From Peptococcaceae bacterium (GTDB lineage Bacteria; Bacillota; Dehalobacteriia; UBA4068; JAAVYR01), in NCBI GenBank assembly GCA_022791255.1, contig JAAVYR010000003.1:14634-78633 (forward strand): DNA of 64,000 nt, written 5' to 3'. The notes beneath the pieces are model-generated. The model was given only the letters and a program-made list of their open reading frames with translations, did not search any database and was not told where the DNA came from. Position 1 is the stretch's first letter. The number at the start of each line of letters is the position of its first letter. A program made the translations under genes and the position numbers. Of this stretch, positions 29,950 through 39,987 are shown piece after piece.

Positions 29950-32442
29950 CTATTCCCTGGTGAAAAATGTATCAATCGTATAGGTTTTCCCATTGGTCTT
30001 CACCGTAATGGCGCCGTCTATATCTGTACGATACAGAGGAATATGCTTATCCTGCCAATAGTTTACCACATCTTTACTAGGATGGCCAAATTTATTTCCT
30101 CTGCCGGCAGAAGCAATGACCACTTCTGGTGCCACCTGCTGATAAAATTCCTCATGGAGACTACCTCTGCTGCCATGATGAGGCAAAAGCAAGATTTCTG
30201 ACTGCAGCGGAAAATCAGTAATCTCAGCAAGAGAAGGATTTTCATTGTCGCCCGTCAGCAATATATCCACGTCACCATAAGTCAGCTTCAATACCAAAGA
30301 GCCGTTATTAGCGTCGTCTTCCGGATAATGCTCTCCTGCAACAGGATAAAACACTTCCATAGTAAGTCCAGGCTCCAGTGTAATACGCTGCCCCTGCCGT
30401 ACAAAAGAAATAGGGATATCTCGTTCCGCGGCGAGAGACAGCAATAATTGCTGTTCCTCTACATCTGGAAATGCCTCAGAGGTAATAAATAATTTCACAT
30501 CCAGATACGCAAGGGCGCCCTTGATAGCAGCAGTGTGGTCACTATGAGGATGGGTATTCACCACCGCGTCCAGGGTCGTAATTCCCCGTTGCTTTAAGTA
30601 AGGCAATACCACCCGTTCTCCTAAATAATCATCACCAGAAACTTGATCACCACCATCAATTAAAATATATTTCTTTTCTGGCGTTACCATAAGCGCACTG
30701 CTGCCTTGCCCCACATCTAAGAAAACCACCTCTAGCCGATGTCCCCAAGAAACATTGGGTAAAAATAACATGCCAACTAACATCAAAAGGCCAACCCAAC
30801 GATAACCATTGACCCTTGGTTTCGCCTCATTTGGTTTATTTGCTTCAATAGGAGCAATCGTTTCTTCCGACAATTTTCTTTCTGCCAATAGTCCGTCTAA
30901 CAATTCACCCATACCATTTCCACCGCGAAAGGACTCTCTCTTTCCCCAGAAAGGTATACTAATTAGGATGAGATAAAATAAACACATCAACCATACAGGC
31001 GGCTTTGCCACCGTAAAATAAGCAAAAGGTAATTTCTCAAAAAGAGCCGACAGGAGATAAATACCGTCCGCAATGAGTCCAGCTGCATAAAGAGGCACCG
31101 TAGCCCAGACCACGCTGAGAAACGAGAAAAGACAAGCCACAATCCCCAACAATACCACTAACCCCACCAATGGAATAACCAAGGGAGATAAGAGCATGCC
31201 GCCAACTGTTAATAATGAATAGTAATAAGCAATGAGCGGCATCGTGGCAAATTGCGCCGCAAAGGTCACCGCCAAACTGCTTTTGATTTTGCCTTTCTTT
31301 CCCGGTAATAGCTGGTCAAATACGGGCGTTAAATAGAGAATGCCCCAAGTAGCAGCAAAAGAAAGCTGAAACCCCGCCGTAGTCACTGCCGTCGGCGAGA
31401 AAAACAAAATAATCGCCGCTGCTACCCCCAGAGCCGTAAAGCTATCCCGCCCAGTGCCAATCGCATAAGCCAAATAAATCATCATGCTCATAATAACAGC
31501 CCTGGTTACAGAAGGGGTAAAACCGGCCATAGCGCCATAAAACAATAATCCTACTGATACAAATATCAGCTTTCCCCAAGGTTTCAAGCGAAGGACCTCT
31601 GCCATAGCCGCCATAAATAAAGCCACAAACCCTACATGAAGGCCGGATACAGCAAAAGCATGGAAAATCCCCACTGCAGACAGCATCGATTTTTCCACAG
31701 CGCTCAGATTAGATTTATCACCAAAGATAATCCCTGTTAAAAACCCTTTTGACTCCTCTGGAATACGATCAATAGCAGCATAGACTTTATTTTTCGTATG
31801 TTCTGCCAGCTCCATAAATCCCCAGCCACTACGGTGCCCGGTACGGAAAATCTCACCTTGATAACGACTGTCTACTGTAGCCGACACCTCTTGCGAAGCT
31901 AGATATTCACTATAGTTGAAGCTGCCTGGATTACCAAAATATTGCCCGGCAAGAACCTTGCCCTCCACTTGCACCATATCCCCATAGACAAGCTTTTGAC
32001 TTTCAGGATTACCATAAATCAAGATACGATAAGTTTCCTTACTTTTGGCCCCATTATCAGCTACTACACTACCCTCGAGATAAAATTTATATCCCTTGGT
32101 CATCTCACTAGGAGTCGATACCACTTTCCCAGTAAGGCTAAGGATATCCCCAACTTCTCCCGGAAAAGCCGCTATTTTCTTGGTGTTAATATCACCCCAA
32201 CAAAAACCGACTACAAGCGCTAGCAATAATAACACATAGGGTATCTTTTTATACCAAGCCAAGACCGTGATACCCAATGTCACCCCCAGTAAGCTCATCA
32301 TAAAAATACTGGAGAAATGGAAAAACTGCCCCAGTATAATCCCTATACAAAAGGCAGTTATATGCCACAGGAGTAAGCGGCTTTCTAGCTTTTCTTTCAA
32401 GTTTTCTTTGTAGTTGTCATAGGTTATTCCCCTATTCAACAA
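29950..32442 (-). CDS. comEC: DNA uptake channel ComEC/Rec2
   Basis: HAFAVSGLHVG competence-domain motif, GFQLSF, and metallo-beta-lactamase domain DVGQG/THPHSDH/HHGS; start uncertain. Confidence 0.95.
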   Translation of the reverse strand: MLNRGITYDNYKENLKEKLESRLLLWHITAFCIGIILGQFFHFSSIFMMSLLGVTLGITVLAWYKKIPYVLLLLALVVGFCWGDINTKKIAAFPGEVGDILSLTGKVVSTPSEMTKGYKFYLEGSVVADNGAKSKETYRILIYGNPESQKLVYGDMVQVEGKVLAGQYFGNPGSFNYSEYLASQEVSATVDSRYQGEIFRTGHRSGWGFMELAEHTKNKVYAAIDRIPEESKGFLTGIIFGDKSNLSAVEKSMLSAVGIFHAFAVSGLHVGFVALFMAAMAEVLRLKPWGKLIFVSVGLLFYGAMAGFTPSVTRAVIMSMMIYLAYAIGTGRDSFTALGVAAAIILFFSPTAVTTAGFQLSFAATWGILYLTPVFDQLLPGKKGKIKSSLAVTFAAQFATMPLIAYYYSLLTVGGMLLSPLVIPLVGLVVLLGIVACLFSFLSVVWATVPLYAAGLIADGIYLLSALFEKLPFAYFTVAKPPVWLMCLFYLILISIPFWGKRESFRGGNGMGELLDGLLAERKLSEETIAPIEANKPNEAKPRVNGYRWVGLLMLVGMLFLPNVSWGHRLEVVFLDVGQGSSALMVTPEKKYILIDGGDQVSGDDYLGERVVLPYLKQRGITTLDAVVNTHPHSDHTAAIKGALAYLDVKLFITSEAFPDVEEQQLLLSLAAERDIPISFVRQGQRITLEPGLTMEVFYPVAGEHYPEDDANNGSLVLKLTYGDVDILLTGDNENPSLAEITDFPLQSEILLLPHHGSRGSLHEEFYQQVAPEVVIASAGRGNKFGHPSKDVVNYWQDKHIPLYRTDIDGAITVKTNGKTYTIDTFFTRE

Positions 32443-32899
32443 TAATCATTCCTTCTATTTTCTGATAAGTAGCGTCTCCAATGCCAGATACATTCTTTAC
32501 CTGACTTTTCTTGGTAAAACCACCCTTTTTATTCCGATAATCAATAATGGCTTGGGCTTTTGCTGGACCGATGCCAGGTAGCTTGTCCAATTCATTAAGC
32601 GTTGCTGTATTTAAATTTATCATACCGGCAGTAGAAGTTTCAGTCTTTGCTGCAACCCCTTCTTTTGCCTTTTCCTCATAAATAGGCAGCGAACTATTTT
32701 CGATGACAATACCGGCTTGCTCTTGTGCAAAAGCAGTCGTTTCCATATCCAAGAGGCCCTCTGGCATTTGGATAGCAAAAGACGCTCCAAAACCACCAGA
32801 TAGCACATCACGAGCATATTCCTTATAAATACCGAAGCAGATAGAACCAAGTAAAAAGAAAATAATCAGATATTTCCTGTGTTTGTTTTCCTTTGCCAT
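32432..32899 (-). CDS. comEA: ComEA-like DNA-binding protein (helix-hairpin-helix)
   Basis: N-terminal TM helix and INLNTAT...LPGIGPAKAQAIIDYR...VSGIG HhH domain; upstream of comEC. Confidence 0.88.
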   Translation of the reverse strand: MAKENKHRKYLIIFFLLGSICFGIYKEYARDVLSGGFGASFAIQMPEGLLDMETTAFAQEQAGIVIENSSLPIYEEKAKEGVAAKTETSTAGMINLNTATLNELDKLPGIGPAKAQAIIDYRNKKGGFTKKSQVKNVSGIGDATYQKIEGMIIVE

Positions 32900-33093
32900 T
32901 ACTATCAACTCCTGCCTAAAAATAACCCCCTCTCTTTTATCATATCATATTTTCGCCAAATTTCTACAATATATGACAAATTTTTCCATATGAAGAAAAG
33001 ATTATTCATTAAGCAAAAGTTTTTATCAGTCAGCACCGATATTATGTTTTAAACATAATATTAGATTAGTCTGCATCAGACTTAATATCAGAT

Positions 33094-33137
33094 TGCTAGA
33101 AAGAAGATAAGGAAACCACCTTATCTTCTTTCTAGCA
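33094..33137. repeat. Perfect 19-bp inverted repeat 3' of leuS
   Basis: TGCTAGAAAGAAGATAAGG-AAACCA-CCTTATCTTCTTTCTAGCA. Confidence 0.8.
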
Positions 33138-33150
33138 CATATTACTATTT

Positions 33151-35628
33151 TTATTTTACGACGATATTCACTAATTTTTTAGGAATAGGCACGATTTTTA
33201 CTACAGTTTTACCGCCAGTCCATTCTGTAAACTTAGCGTCGTTTTGTACCAGCGCGAGAAGGACGTCAGCCGTTAAATCAGCCGCTACCATCATGCGGTC
33301 TTTTACTTTCCCATTGATTTGGATAGCGATTTCCACTTCATCCAGGACAAGGGCTTCTGGGTCATATCCCGGCCAGGACTCTTTATGGACGCTTGTTTGA
33401 TGGCCTAGTTCTTGCCACAGTTCTTCTGCCATATGGGGCGCAAAGGGTGCCAACAATAATACCACTGTTTCTTTGCCTTCTTTGAGAATGGATCCATTCA
33501 GCTCCGGCTCATTTTTATAAGCATAGAGAGCGTTTACCATTTCCATGATGGCACTGATCGCCGTGTTAAAGTTAAAGCGATCGGAGATATCCTCAGTTAC
33601 CCGTTTGATAGCGCTATGAACTGCCCGTCGCACTGTTTTATCGGCTTTTGTAAGGGTAGCTTTGTTTATGCTGCCTGCATTTTTTAGCAATTCGGTATCA
33701 GCTTCATCGGTAATGAAACGATATACTCTGTTCAAGAAACGATAGCAGCCTTCTACAGCAGAGTCATTCCATTCCAAATCCCGTTCCGGCGGCGCTGCAA
33801 AGAGGATGAAAAGTCTGGCTGTATCCGCCCCAAATTGGTCAATAATCGCTTCCGGACTTACTACATTCCCCTTGGATTTAGACATTTTGCTGCCTTCTTT
33901 GAGCACCATGCCTTGGGTTAAGAGGTTGGCAAAAGGTTCTTCTACAGAAACCAATCCCATATCATAGAGAACTTTGGTAAAGAAACGAGCATACATCAAA
34001 TGCAAGATGGCATGTTCCACCCCGCCAATATACTGGTCTACATTCATCCAGTAATCTGCTTTTTTCTTGTCAAAGGCTTGTTCTTTATTAAGCGGGTCAC
34101 AATAGCGCAAATAATACCAAGAGGAACAAACAAAGGTGTCCATGGTATCCATTTCCCGTCTAGCCTTTTCCCCGCAGTATGGACAAACAGCCTCCCCAAA
34201 GGTAGGACTGGTCGTAAGAGGAGACTCACCAGTAGGCTTAAACTCTACATCAGTCGGCAAGAGCACCGGTAATTGGTCTTCCGGCACCGGCACAGCACCG
34301 CATTTCGGACAATAGACGATAGGGATAGGAGCCCCCCAATACCGTTGCCGAGAAATCAACCAATCCCGTAACCGATAGTTCACTACTCGTTTGCCCATGC
34401 CCTCTGCCTCGATAAAGTCCATGATAGCAGGCATACCTTCCGTCCGGTTCGGCATACCATCAAATTTCCCGGAGTTAATCAGATAACCATCTTCTTCATA
34501 AACCTCTGAAAGACTGTCATGGCCCACACCTTTTTCTGGGGTAATCACTTCCATAATGGGCAGATTAAATTTAGTGGCAAAATCAAAGTCTCTGCCATCA
34601 TGAGCTGGTACCCCCATAACAGCGCCAGTACCATATTCCATCAATACATAGTTGGTTATCCAGATAGGCACCTTTTTGCCATTAACAGGATTGATGGCAT
34701 AAGCCCCGATAAACATCCCTTCTTTTTCCAGGTCAGTAGCTGTCCGGTCTATCTGGGACATATTTTTTACCTTGGCTACAAAAGCGTCCACTTCTTTTTC
34801 ATAGACAGTACCACGAGTCAGTTTCGCTACGAGAGGATGTTCCGGTGCCAACACCATATAGGTTACACCAAAAATCGTATCAACTCTGGTAGTAAAGATA
34901 GGCATTTCATCGCCTGCCTCAGTATGGAATACCACTTCCATCCCTTCGCTGCGGCCTATCCAGTTTTCCTGCATGGTCTTTACTTTATCTGGCCAGCCAG
35001 GCAACTTATCTAAGTCATCTAAGAGCCGTTGAGCATAATCCGTAGTTTTGAAGAACCATTGTTCCAGATCTTTCTTTTCTACTAGGGTACCGCACCGTTC
35101 ACAGCCACCGTCTACCACCTGTTCATTAGCGAGCACCGTCGCACAAGAAGGACAGAAATTTACTGCCGCTTTCTTTTTATAAGCCAACCCTTTGTTATAA
35201 AGCTGAATAAAGAGCCACTGGGTCCATTTATAATACTCAGGAAGACAAGTAGTTACTTCTCTATCCCAGTCATAGCTAAGACCCATAGAGTGCAGCTGCC
35301 GCCGCATATTGGCGATGTTTTCCTTGGTCCAGGTTGCAGGTTCTGCCCCTCTTTTGATAGCAGCGTTTTCCGCCGGCAGCCCAAAAGAGTCCCAACCCAT
35401 AGGGTGCAGCACATTAAAGCCACTCATCGTCTTAAAACGAGCTACCACATCCCCAATAGAATAATTCCGCACATGGCCCATATGCAGATTTCCAGAGGGA
35501 TAGGGAAACATTTCCAAAACATAATATTTCGGCTTTTCGCTATCCTCACCCACATGATAGAGGTCGTCTTGTTCCCATTTTTTTTGCCATTTTGCTTCTA
35601 TTTTTTTGAAGTCATACTTCTTTTCCAT
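33151..35628 (-). CDS. leuS: Leucine--tRNA ligase
   Basis: [13 protein letters not shown] (HIGH-type), [10 protein letters not shown] and KMSKS motifs. Confidence 0.99.
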   Translation of the reverse strand: MEKKYDFKKIEAKWQKKWEQDDLYHVGEDSEKPKYYVLEMFPYPSGNLHMGHVRNYSIGDVVARFKTMSGFNVLHPMGWDSFGLPAENAAIKRGAEPATWTKENIANMRRQLHSMGLSYDWDREVTTCLPEYYKWTQWLFIQLYNKGLAYKKKAAVNFCPSCATVLANEQVVDGGCERCGTLVEKKDLEQWFFKTTDYAQRLLDDLDKLPGWPDKVKTMQENWIGRSEGMEVVFHTEAGDEMPIFTTRVDTIFGVTYMVLAPEHPLVAKLTRGTVYEKEVDAFVAKVKNMSQIDRTATDLEKEGMFIGAYAINPVNGKKVPIWITNYVLMEYGTGAVMGVPAHDGRDFDFATKFNLPIMEVITPEKGVGHDSLSEVYEEDGYLINSGKFDGMPNRTEGMPAIMDFIEAEGMGKRVVNYRLRDWLISRQRYWGAPIPIVYCPKCGAVPVPEDQLPVLLPTDVEFKPTGESPLTTSPTFGEAVCPYCGEKARREMDTMDTFVCSSWYYLRYCDPLNKEQAFDKKKADYWMNVDQYIGGVEHAILHLMYARFFTKVLYDMGLVSVEEPFANLLTQGMVLKEGSKMSKSKGNVVSPEAIIDQFGADTARLFILFAAPPERDLEWNDSAVEGCYRFLNRVYRFITDEADTELLKNAGSINKATLTKADKTVRRAVHSAIKRVTEDISDRFNFNTAISAIMEMVNALYAYKNEPELNGSILKEGKETVVLLLAPFAPHMAEELWQELGHQTSVHKESWPGYDPEALVLDEVEIAIQINGKVKDRMMVAADLTADVLLALVQNDAKFTEWTGGKTVVKIVPIPKKLVNIVVK

Positions 35629-35668
35629 GCTTGTACCCCCTATTTAGACATACAGTCCGCTACCATTT

Positions 35669-35697
35669 ATTGTACAAAATTTTCTTCGCTTATTCAA
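35669..35697 (-). promoter_or_regulatory. SigA-type promoter of leuS
   Basis: TTGAAT-17 nt-TACAAT about 40 nt upstream of the ATG. Confidence 0.7.
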
Positions 35698-35739
35698 GGA
35701 ATATTCCCGAGACAAACCATTTTTTACACCAGCCAGTGC

Positions 35740-36630
35740 CTATTTTTTCCGTTGCAGGCAAAAATAAGCGATTTCACGCAATAAATCCGCCTCTTCTCCC
35801 CAAAGATGTAAAGCTCCCACCGCAGCAGAGATTGCCTCTTCTCCATAAGCATAGGCCCCCTCTATCCCCAGTAGCGATGGGTAGGTTACTTTGCCATTTT
35901 TATCATCGCTGCCAGCTTTCTTACCGATTTCTTTGCTGTCGCCGATCACATCTAGGATATCATCTGCTATTTGGAAGGCTAATCCTATTTGCTCCCCATA
36001 GATAGCTAAGGCCTCCTGTTCTTCTTTTGTAGCCCCTGCTAAAATCGCTGCCGAAACAATGGCTCCTTTTATCATAGCCCCTGTTTTCTTACGGTGAATA
36101 TAGCGAAGCTCTTCCAGGGTCAGAGGCGTACCCTCATTTAAGATATCGACTGCTTGTCCTGCTACCATGCCGCAGAGGCCCGCACAGTCTGCCATTTGTT
36201 TTGTAGCCGTCAGCACCTGCTCTGCCCCTACCCCTGGAATGCGAATGCCTAACATCACTTGGAAAGCATAGGTTAGGAGCCCATCCCCTGCAAGGATTGC
36301 CATGGCTTCCCCATAAACTTTGTGATTAGTAAGCCGCCCCCGCCGGTAATCATCATTATCCATCGCCGGTAAATCATCATGAATTAACGAATAACAATGG
36401 ATCATTTCGATAGCAGCTGCAAAAGGCAAAAATGCCTTTTTTTCCTGCACACCCAGCAAATCCAAAACAGCACAAAAAAGTACCGGGCGCAATCGCTTGC
36501 CACCGCCTAAACTGCTATAACTCATAGCTTCATAGAGTCGAGCCTCGGGCACATTCTTTACAGGCAAAAGCCTCGCCAACGTTTCCTCTATTTCTTGCTG
36601 CACGCTGGCAAAATATGTTGTTATCTCCAT
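35740..36630 (-). CDS. ispA: Farnesyl diphosphate synthase / geranyltranstransferase
   Basis: GGKRLRP, HDDLPAMDNDDYRRG, KTG and FQIADDILD motifs. Confidence 0.95.
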   Translation of the reverse strand: MEITTYFASVQQEIEETLARLLPVKNVPEARLYEAMSYSSLGGGKRLRPVLFCAVLDLLGVQEKKAFLPFAAAIEMIHCYSLIHDDLPAMDNDDYRRGRLTNHKVYGEAMAILAGDGLLTYAFQVMLGIRIPGVGAEQVLTATKQMADCAGLCGMVAGQAVDILNEGTPLTLEELRYIHRKKTGAMIKGAIVSAAILAGATKEEQEALAIYGEQIGLAFQIADDILDVIGDSKEIGKKAGSDDKNGKVTYPSLLGIEGAYAYGEEAISAAVGALHLWGEEADLLREIAYFCLQRKK

Positions 36631-36845
36631 GTATCTTCCTCCGGAAACAAAGAGTTCATCAAGGCTTCTCCCTTTTCCACTTCTGCTTCAGCACCTCGCA
36701 GCTGTTTCTCCCCTTCTGCTACCAAGCCTACCCCTGTCTGAAATTCTTTTAGTGCTGCCTCTAGAGATAAGTCTCCAGACTCTATTTTTCCAATGACCTC
36801 TTCCAGCTCTGTTAAAATCGTTCCAAAATCTTTTTTCTTCGCCAT
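36621..36845 (-). CDS. xseB: Exodeoxyribonuclease VII small subunit
   Basis: ELEEVIGKIESGDLSLEAALKEFQTG pattern; between xseA and ispA. Confidence 0.92.
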   Translation of the reverse strand: MAKKKDFGTILTELEEVIGKIESGDLSLEAALKEFQTGVGLVAEGEKQLRGAEAEVEKGEALMNSLFPEEDTWR

Positions 36846-36880
36846 GTTAATCGTTAATCTCCTTATCTTCCATCTATCAT

Positions 36881-38095
36881 CTAAGCATCCAGCGGTTTTT
36901 CTAATGTTCTGACCTCTTCTACTTTACAATGGACTTCGCCATCCACCAACTGTAAATACAAACTTTCTTCTACTTTTAAATCCTGACTGCTCTTGACAGG
37001 CGCACCGCCAGGGGAAAGGCTTGCAATGCCATAGCCTCGCCCTAAAACCTGTAAGGGGTCCGCCATAGAAAGCCGCATCGCTTGCTTTTGAAATTGCAGT
37101 TGCTTTGCTTCTTTAGCCTGTACCATGGTTTGTAGTAGCTTTTGCATCGCCCGCTGCAAGCGCAACTGCTGCTGAGAAAGAACTGTTCCTAAAGAACAAC
37201 GGCTGGCTAGTATTGCTAAATCCTCTTGCAAAGATATTACATAGTCCCTCATAACTACAAGCAATCTGTTTTTTTCTGCTTCTATTAGTGCAAGAACTTG
37301 CCCTTTATCTGGCAATACGATATTCGCTGCTGCAGTAGGCGTCGGCACCCGCACATCTGCCGCTAAATCCGCTAGCGTATAGTCGATTTCATGGCCCACC
37401 GCCGAGATGACAGGAATAGCACTTTCTGCGATAGCCCTAGTTACCCCTTCTGTATTAAATACTGCCAAATCCTCTTTACTGCCACCACCCCGGCTGATAA
37501 TCAAGACCTCAATCCCCCGTCGCTGATTAATGGCCTTAATCCCTTGTATGATAGAGCTTTCGCTGTTTATCCCTTGTACCGAACAAGGATAAAGCATAAT
37601 CTCAGCCGGTATTTTCTGTCGGAATATTTTCTGCATATCCTGCCAAGCCGCACCATCAGCAGAAGTAACCACAGCAATCTTTTTAGGATAGATTGGTAAT
37701 GGCTTCTTTCGCCCTTCATCAAATAAGCCCTCTTGGTAGAGTCGCTCCTTCAAAGCACAAAATTGCGCATATTGATTGCTAGTGCCTACTGCAACAATCT
37801 CTTCTCCATAAAGGATATATTGCCCATCTCTCGCATAGACAGCCACGGTCCCTCGGACACGCACCTCCATACCATCTTCCGGTAAGAAGAATACGCCTTT
37901 GGTCCACTGACGAAAAACAATGCATTTTAAAGCAGCATCTTCCCCCTTCAGCGTAAAATACCAATGTCCAGAAGAATGACTTCTAAAGCCAGAGACTTCT
38001 CCCTCTATCCAAACATTTTGCAATAAACCATCATCTGCCAGCAGCCCCTGGATATATAAATTGATTTCTTTCACACGAAAAAGATTTTTTGCCAT
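36881..38095 (-). CDS. xseA: Exodeoxyribonuclease VII large subunit
   Basis: SGHWYFTLK, RGGGSKEDL, SAVGHEID and PTPTAAA motifs. Confidence 0.96.
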   Translation of the reverse strand: MAKNLFRVKEINLYIQGLLADDGLLQNVWIEGEVSGFRSHSSGHWYFTLKGEDAALKCIVFRQWTKGVFFLPEDGMEVRVRGTVAVYARDGQYILYGEEIVAVGTSNQYAQFCALKERLYQEGLFDEGRKKPLPIYPKKIAVVTSADGAAWQDMQKIFRQKIPAEIMLYPCSVQGINSESSIIQGIKAINQRRGIEVLIISRGGGSKEDLAVFNTEGVTRAIAESAIPVISAVGHEIDYTLADLAADVRVPTPTAAANIVLPDKGQVLALIEAEKNRLLVVMRDYVISLQEDLAILASRCSLGTVLSQQQLRLQRAMQKLLQTMVQAKEAKQLQFQKQAMRLSMADPLQVLGRGYGIASLSPGGAPVKSSQDLKVEESLYLQLVDGEVHCKVEEVRTLEKPLDA

Positions 38096-38193
38096 AAGAT
38101 TTCCCTTTATCTTTTATCCGTTTTTATCGAACTTATTTTACCACAGATTTCCTAAATAATTAAAATTCTTTTTTCGCTTATCAGGGTATTTGG

Positions 38194-39072
38194 TTACGGA
38201 GCAAGCGTTGCCTCAATATCTTTAGCGCCTACCAGCTTTTCTCCATCATAGCGGACAATAGCAACTCCTCCTGGTTCATAAGCCGGAATAGATATGACTA
38301 ATTCTACGATACCATCATTATCTACATCAAAAGGTGTTGCCAACTCCTGGGATAGATATAGCCCCTCTCTTCCATATTCACTACCATTTTTTAATGTTAC
38401 CAGTCTACCAAGACAATCTCCAGAATTATTAAAAAGAATAAGCTGCGAGGATACTGTTTTACTATTTTTTAGGCAAACTAAGTACTCCATCCTCCCATCA
38501 CCATCTAAATCAAATTCCTGATAAGTAATACTATCATAATCAATCAACCCATCTAGTTGAATAGGTTCCTTCCACTCCATAGGCAGTCCATCACAAATCC
38601 CTGATAATGCACCACACGGTACCATATCATAGGGATAAGAAGATGCAATCCTCCCCACCCCTTGTACAATAAAAGAGTCTTCATAAAAATCTGTAGGAAC
38701 CCCAATAGAAATATAGCCATTAGGACCATAATAAAATCGCTCAAAGTAGTCTATATCATATTCCGCCTTCATGATTTCCACTGTAGCCTGGTAATCCTTT
38801 TGAGGATCTAAAAGAGCACCATTGTAGAGAAGGAAGTAATCATCAGGACTATTACCCTTTTTAGATTGAAAGATACCGGCCGGCAAATGATACTCTTCAA
38901 TGATTTGTTTTAGAAACTTATCATTAGCGATTTCTCCATCCGCTCCTGCCATTTGTTGCTGCATTTCAGATAATTCAATCTGCAGCTGCTGATTTTCAAA
39001 AAAGAAAAAAACAGCCACACCAAGAAAACAGATACTAATTAAACTCAATGCCCAATAAATCTTCTTTTGCAT
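38194..39072 (-). CDS. Hypothetical membrane-anchored exported protein with Dx[DN]xDG Ca2+-binding-like loops
   Basis: N-terminal TM helix, short coiled coil, FDLDGDGRMEY and FDVDNDGIVEL motifs; start uncertain (39072 or 39093). Confidence 0.65.
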   Translation of the reverse strand: MQKKIYWALSLISICFLGVAVFFFFENQQLQIELSEMQQQMAGADGEIANDKFLKQIIEEYHLPAGIFQSKKGNSPDDYFLLYNGALLDPQKDYQATVEIMKAEYDIDYFERFYYGPNGYISIGVPTDFYEDSFIVQGVGRIASSYPYDMVPCGALSGICDGLPMEWKEPIQLDGLIDYDSITYQEFDLDGDGRMEYLVCLKNSKTVSSQLILFNNSGDCLGRLVTLKNGSEYGREGLYLSQELATPFDVDNDGIVELVISIPAYEPGGVAIVRYDGEKLVGAKDIEATLAP

Positions 39073-39180
39073 AATCCTACCATTCGCTTTCAACTATGTC
39101 TAATTACTAGCATTTACTGCTGTATTTTTTTATTATATCACACCAATACACATATTTATGCTATTCCTCATATCAATATA

Positions 39181-39211
39181 AAAAAGCCACCAATAAAAAT
39201 TGGTGGCTTTT
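39181..39211 (-). terminator. Intrinsic terminator after the lipoprotein gene
   Basis: AAAAGCCACCAAT-AAAA-ATTGGTGGCTTTT perfect inverted repeat. Confidence 0.8.
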
Positions 39212-39274
39212 CTAATGTACGTATGTACAATGATAGCAAGAATGAGATTTTAATAAATCTTTAATAAAGGTTAA

Positions 39275-39754
39275 TTATTTTGCGTCAGCTTCTTCAGCAA
39301 GTTGAGCACCTTCAATGATATCAGTCATAGCAGTGGTCAACAAGTCTTGCAATTTGTTAGCATCAGCACTAGCAGGGTCTTTGGACAATGCTTTTGCAGT
39401 ATCAATGAATTCAATCATAGCTTCGCAACCAGATTTGAATTTAGCTTGAGCAGCTTCATATTTAGCAGGAGCTTTCAAAGCAGCAAATTCAACAAAAGGA
39501 GCTTTGATTTCTTCAAATAAAGCATCTACAGCTTCTTCATCAGTTGGGTCGATAGTAGCCATTTTTTCATTGATAGTGGTTTGCATGTTAGACATAGTGG
39601 TAGAGATTTCTTGTACTTTTGCTTTGTATTCTTCTTCAGTCAAAGCACCATCGTTGTCTTTGTTGTCGTCACCGCCGCCGCAAGCAACTAAGGCAACAGA
39701 CATCATCATTACTACCAAAGCAAGAGACATGAGTTTTAAAAATTTCTTATTCAT
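39275..39754 (-). CDS. Hypothetical alpha-helical lipoprotein
   Basis: MNKKFLKLMSLALVVMMMSVALVA-C lipobox; AAGGAGG RBS; acidic linker and amphipathic helices. Confidence 0.8.
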   Translation of the reverse strand: MNKKFLKLMSLALVVMMMSVALVACGGGDDNKDNDGALTEEEYKAKVQEISTTMSNMQTTINEKMATIDPTDEEAVDALFEEIKAPFVEFAALKAPAKYEAAQAKFKSGCEAMIEFIDTAKALSKDPASADANKLQDLLTTAMTDIIEGAQLAEEADAK

Positions 39755-39805
39755 AATATCCTCCTTAAAATTTATCGCAAAGTTACCCTCGCAATATTTT
39801 TCTCT

Positions 39806-39834
39806 AGTATAGCAAATATTACCTGATTTTACAA
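39806..39834 (-). promoter_or_regulatory. SigA-type promoter of the lipoprotein gene
   Basis: TTGTAA-17 nt-TATACT with an extended TG. Confidence 0.7.
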
Positions 39835-39987
39835 GCAATTCCTTTTCGAAAAAACCGTCGGAAAGTGAGAAAAAAAGGAAATAAATCTGTTTATTTCATA
39901 AAAACACATTTATTTCCTAAAATTTACAACTTTTTTATTCTTCTAACGCCCTTTTCTTCTGTCGTCTTTTCTTGTCTTTTCTAGGGT

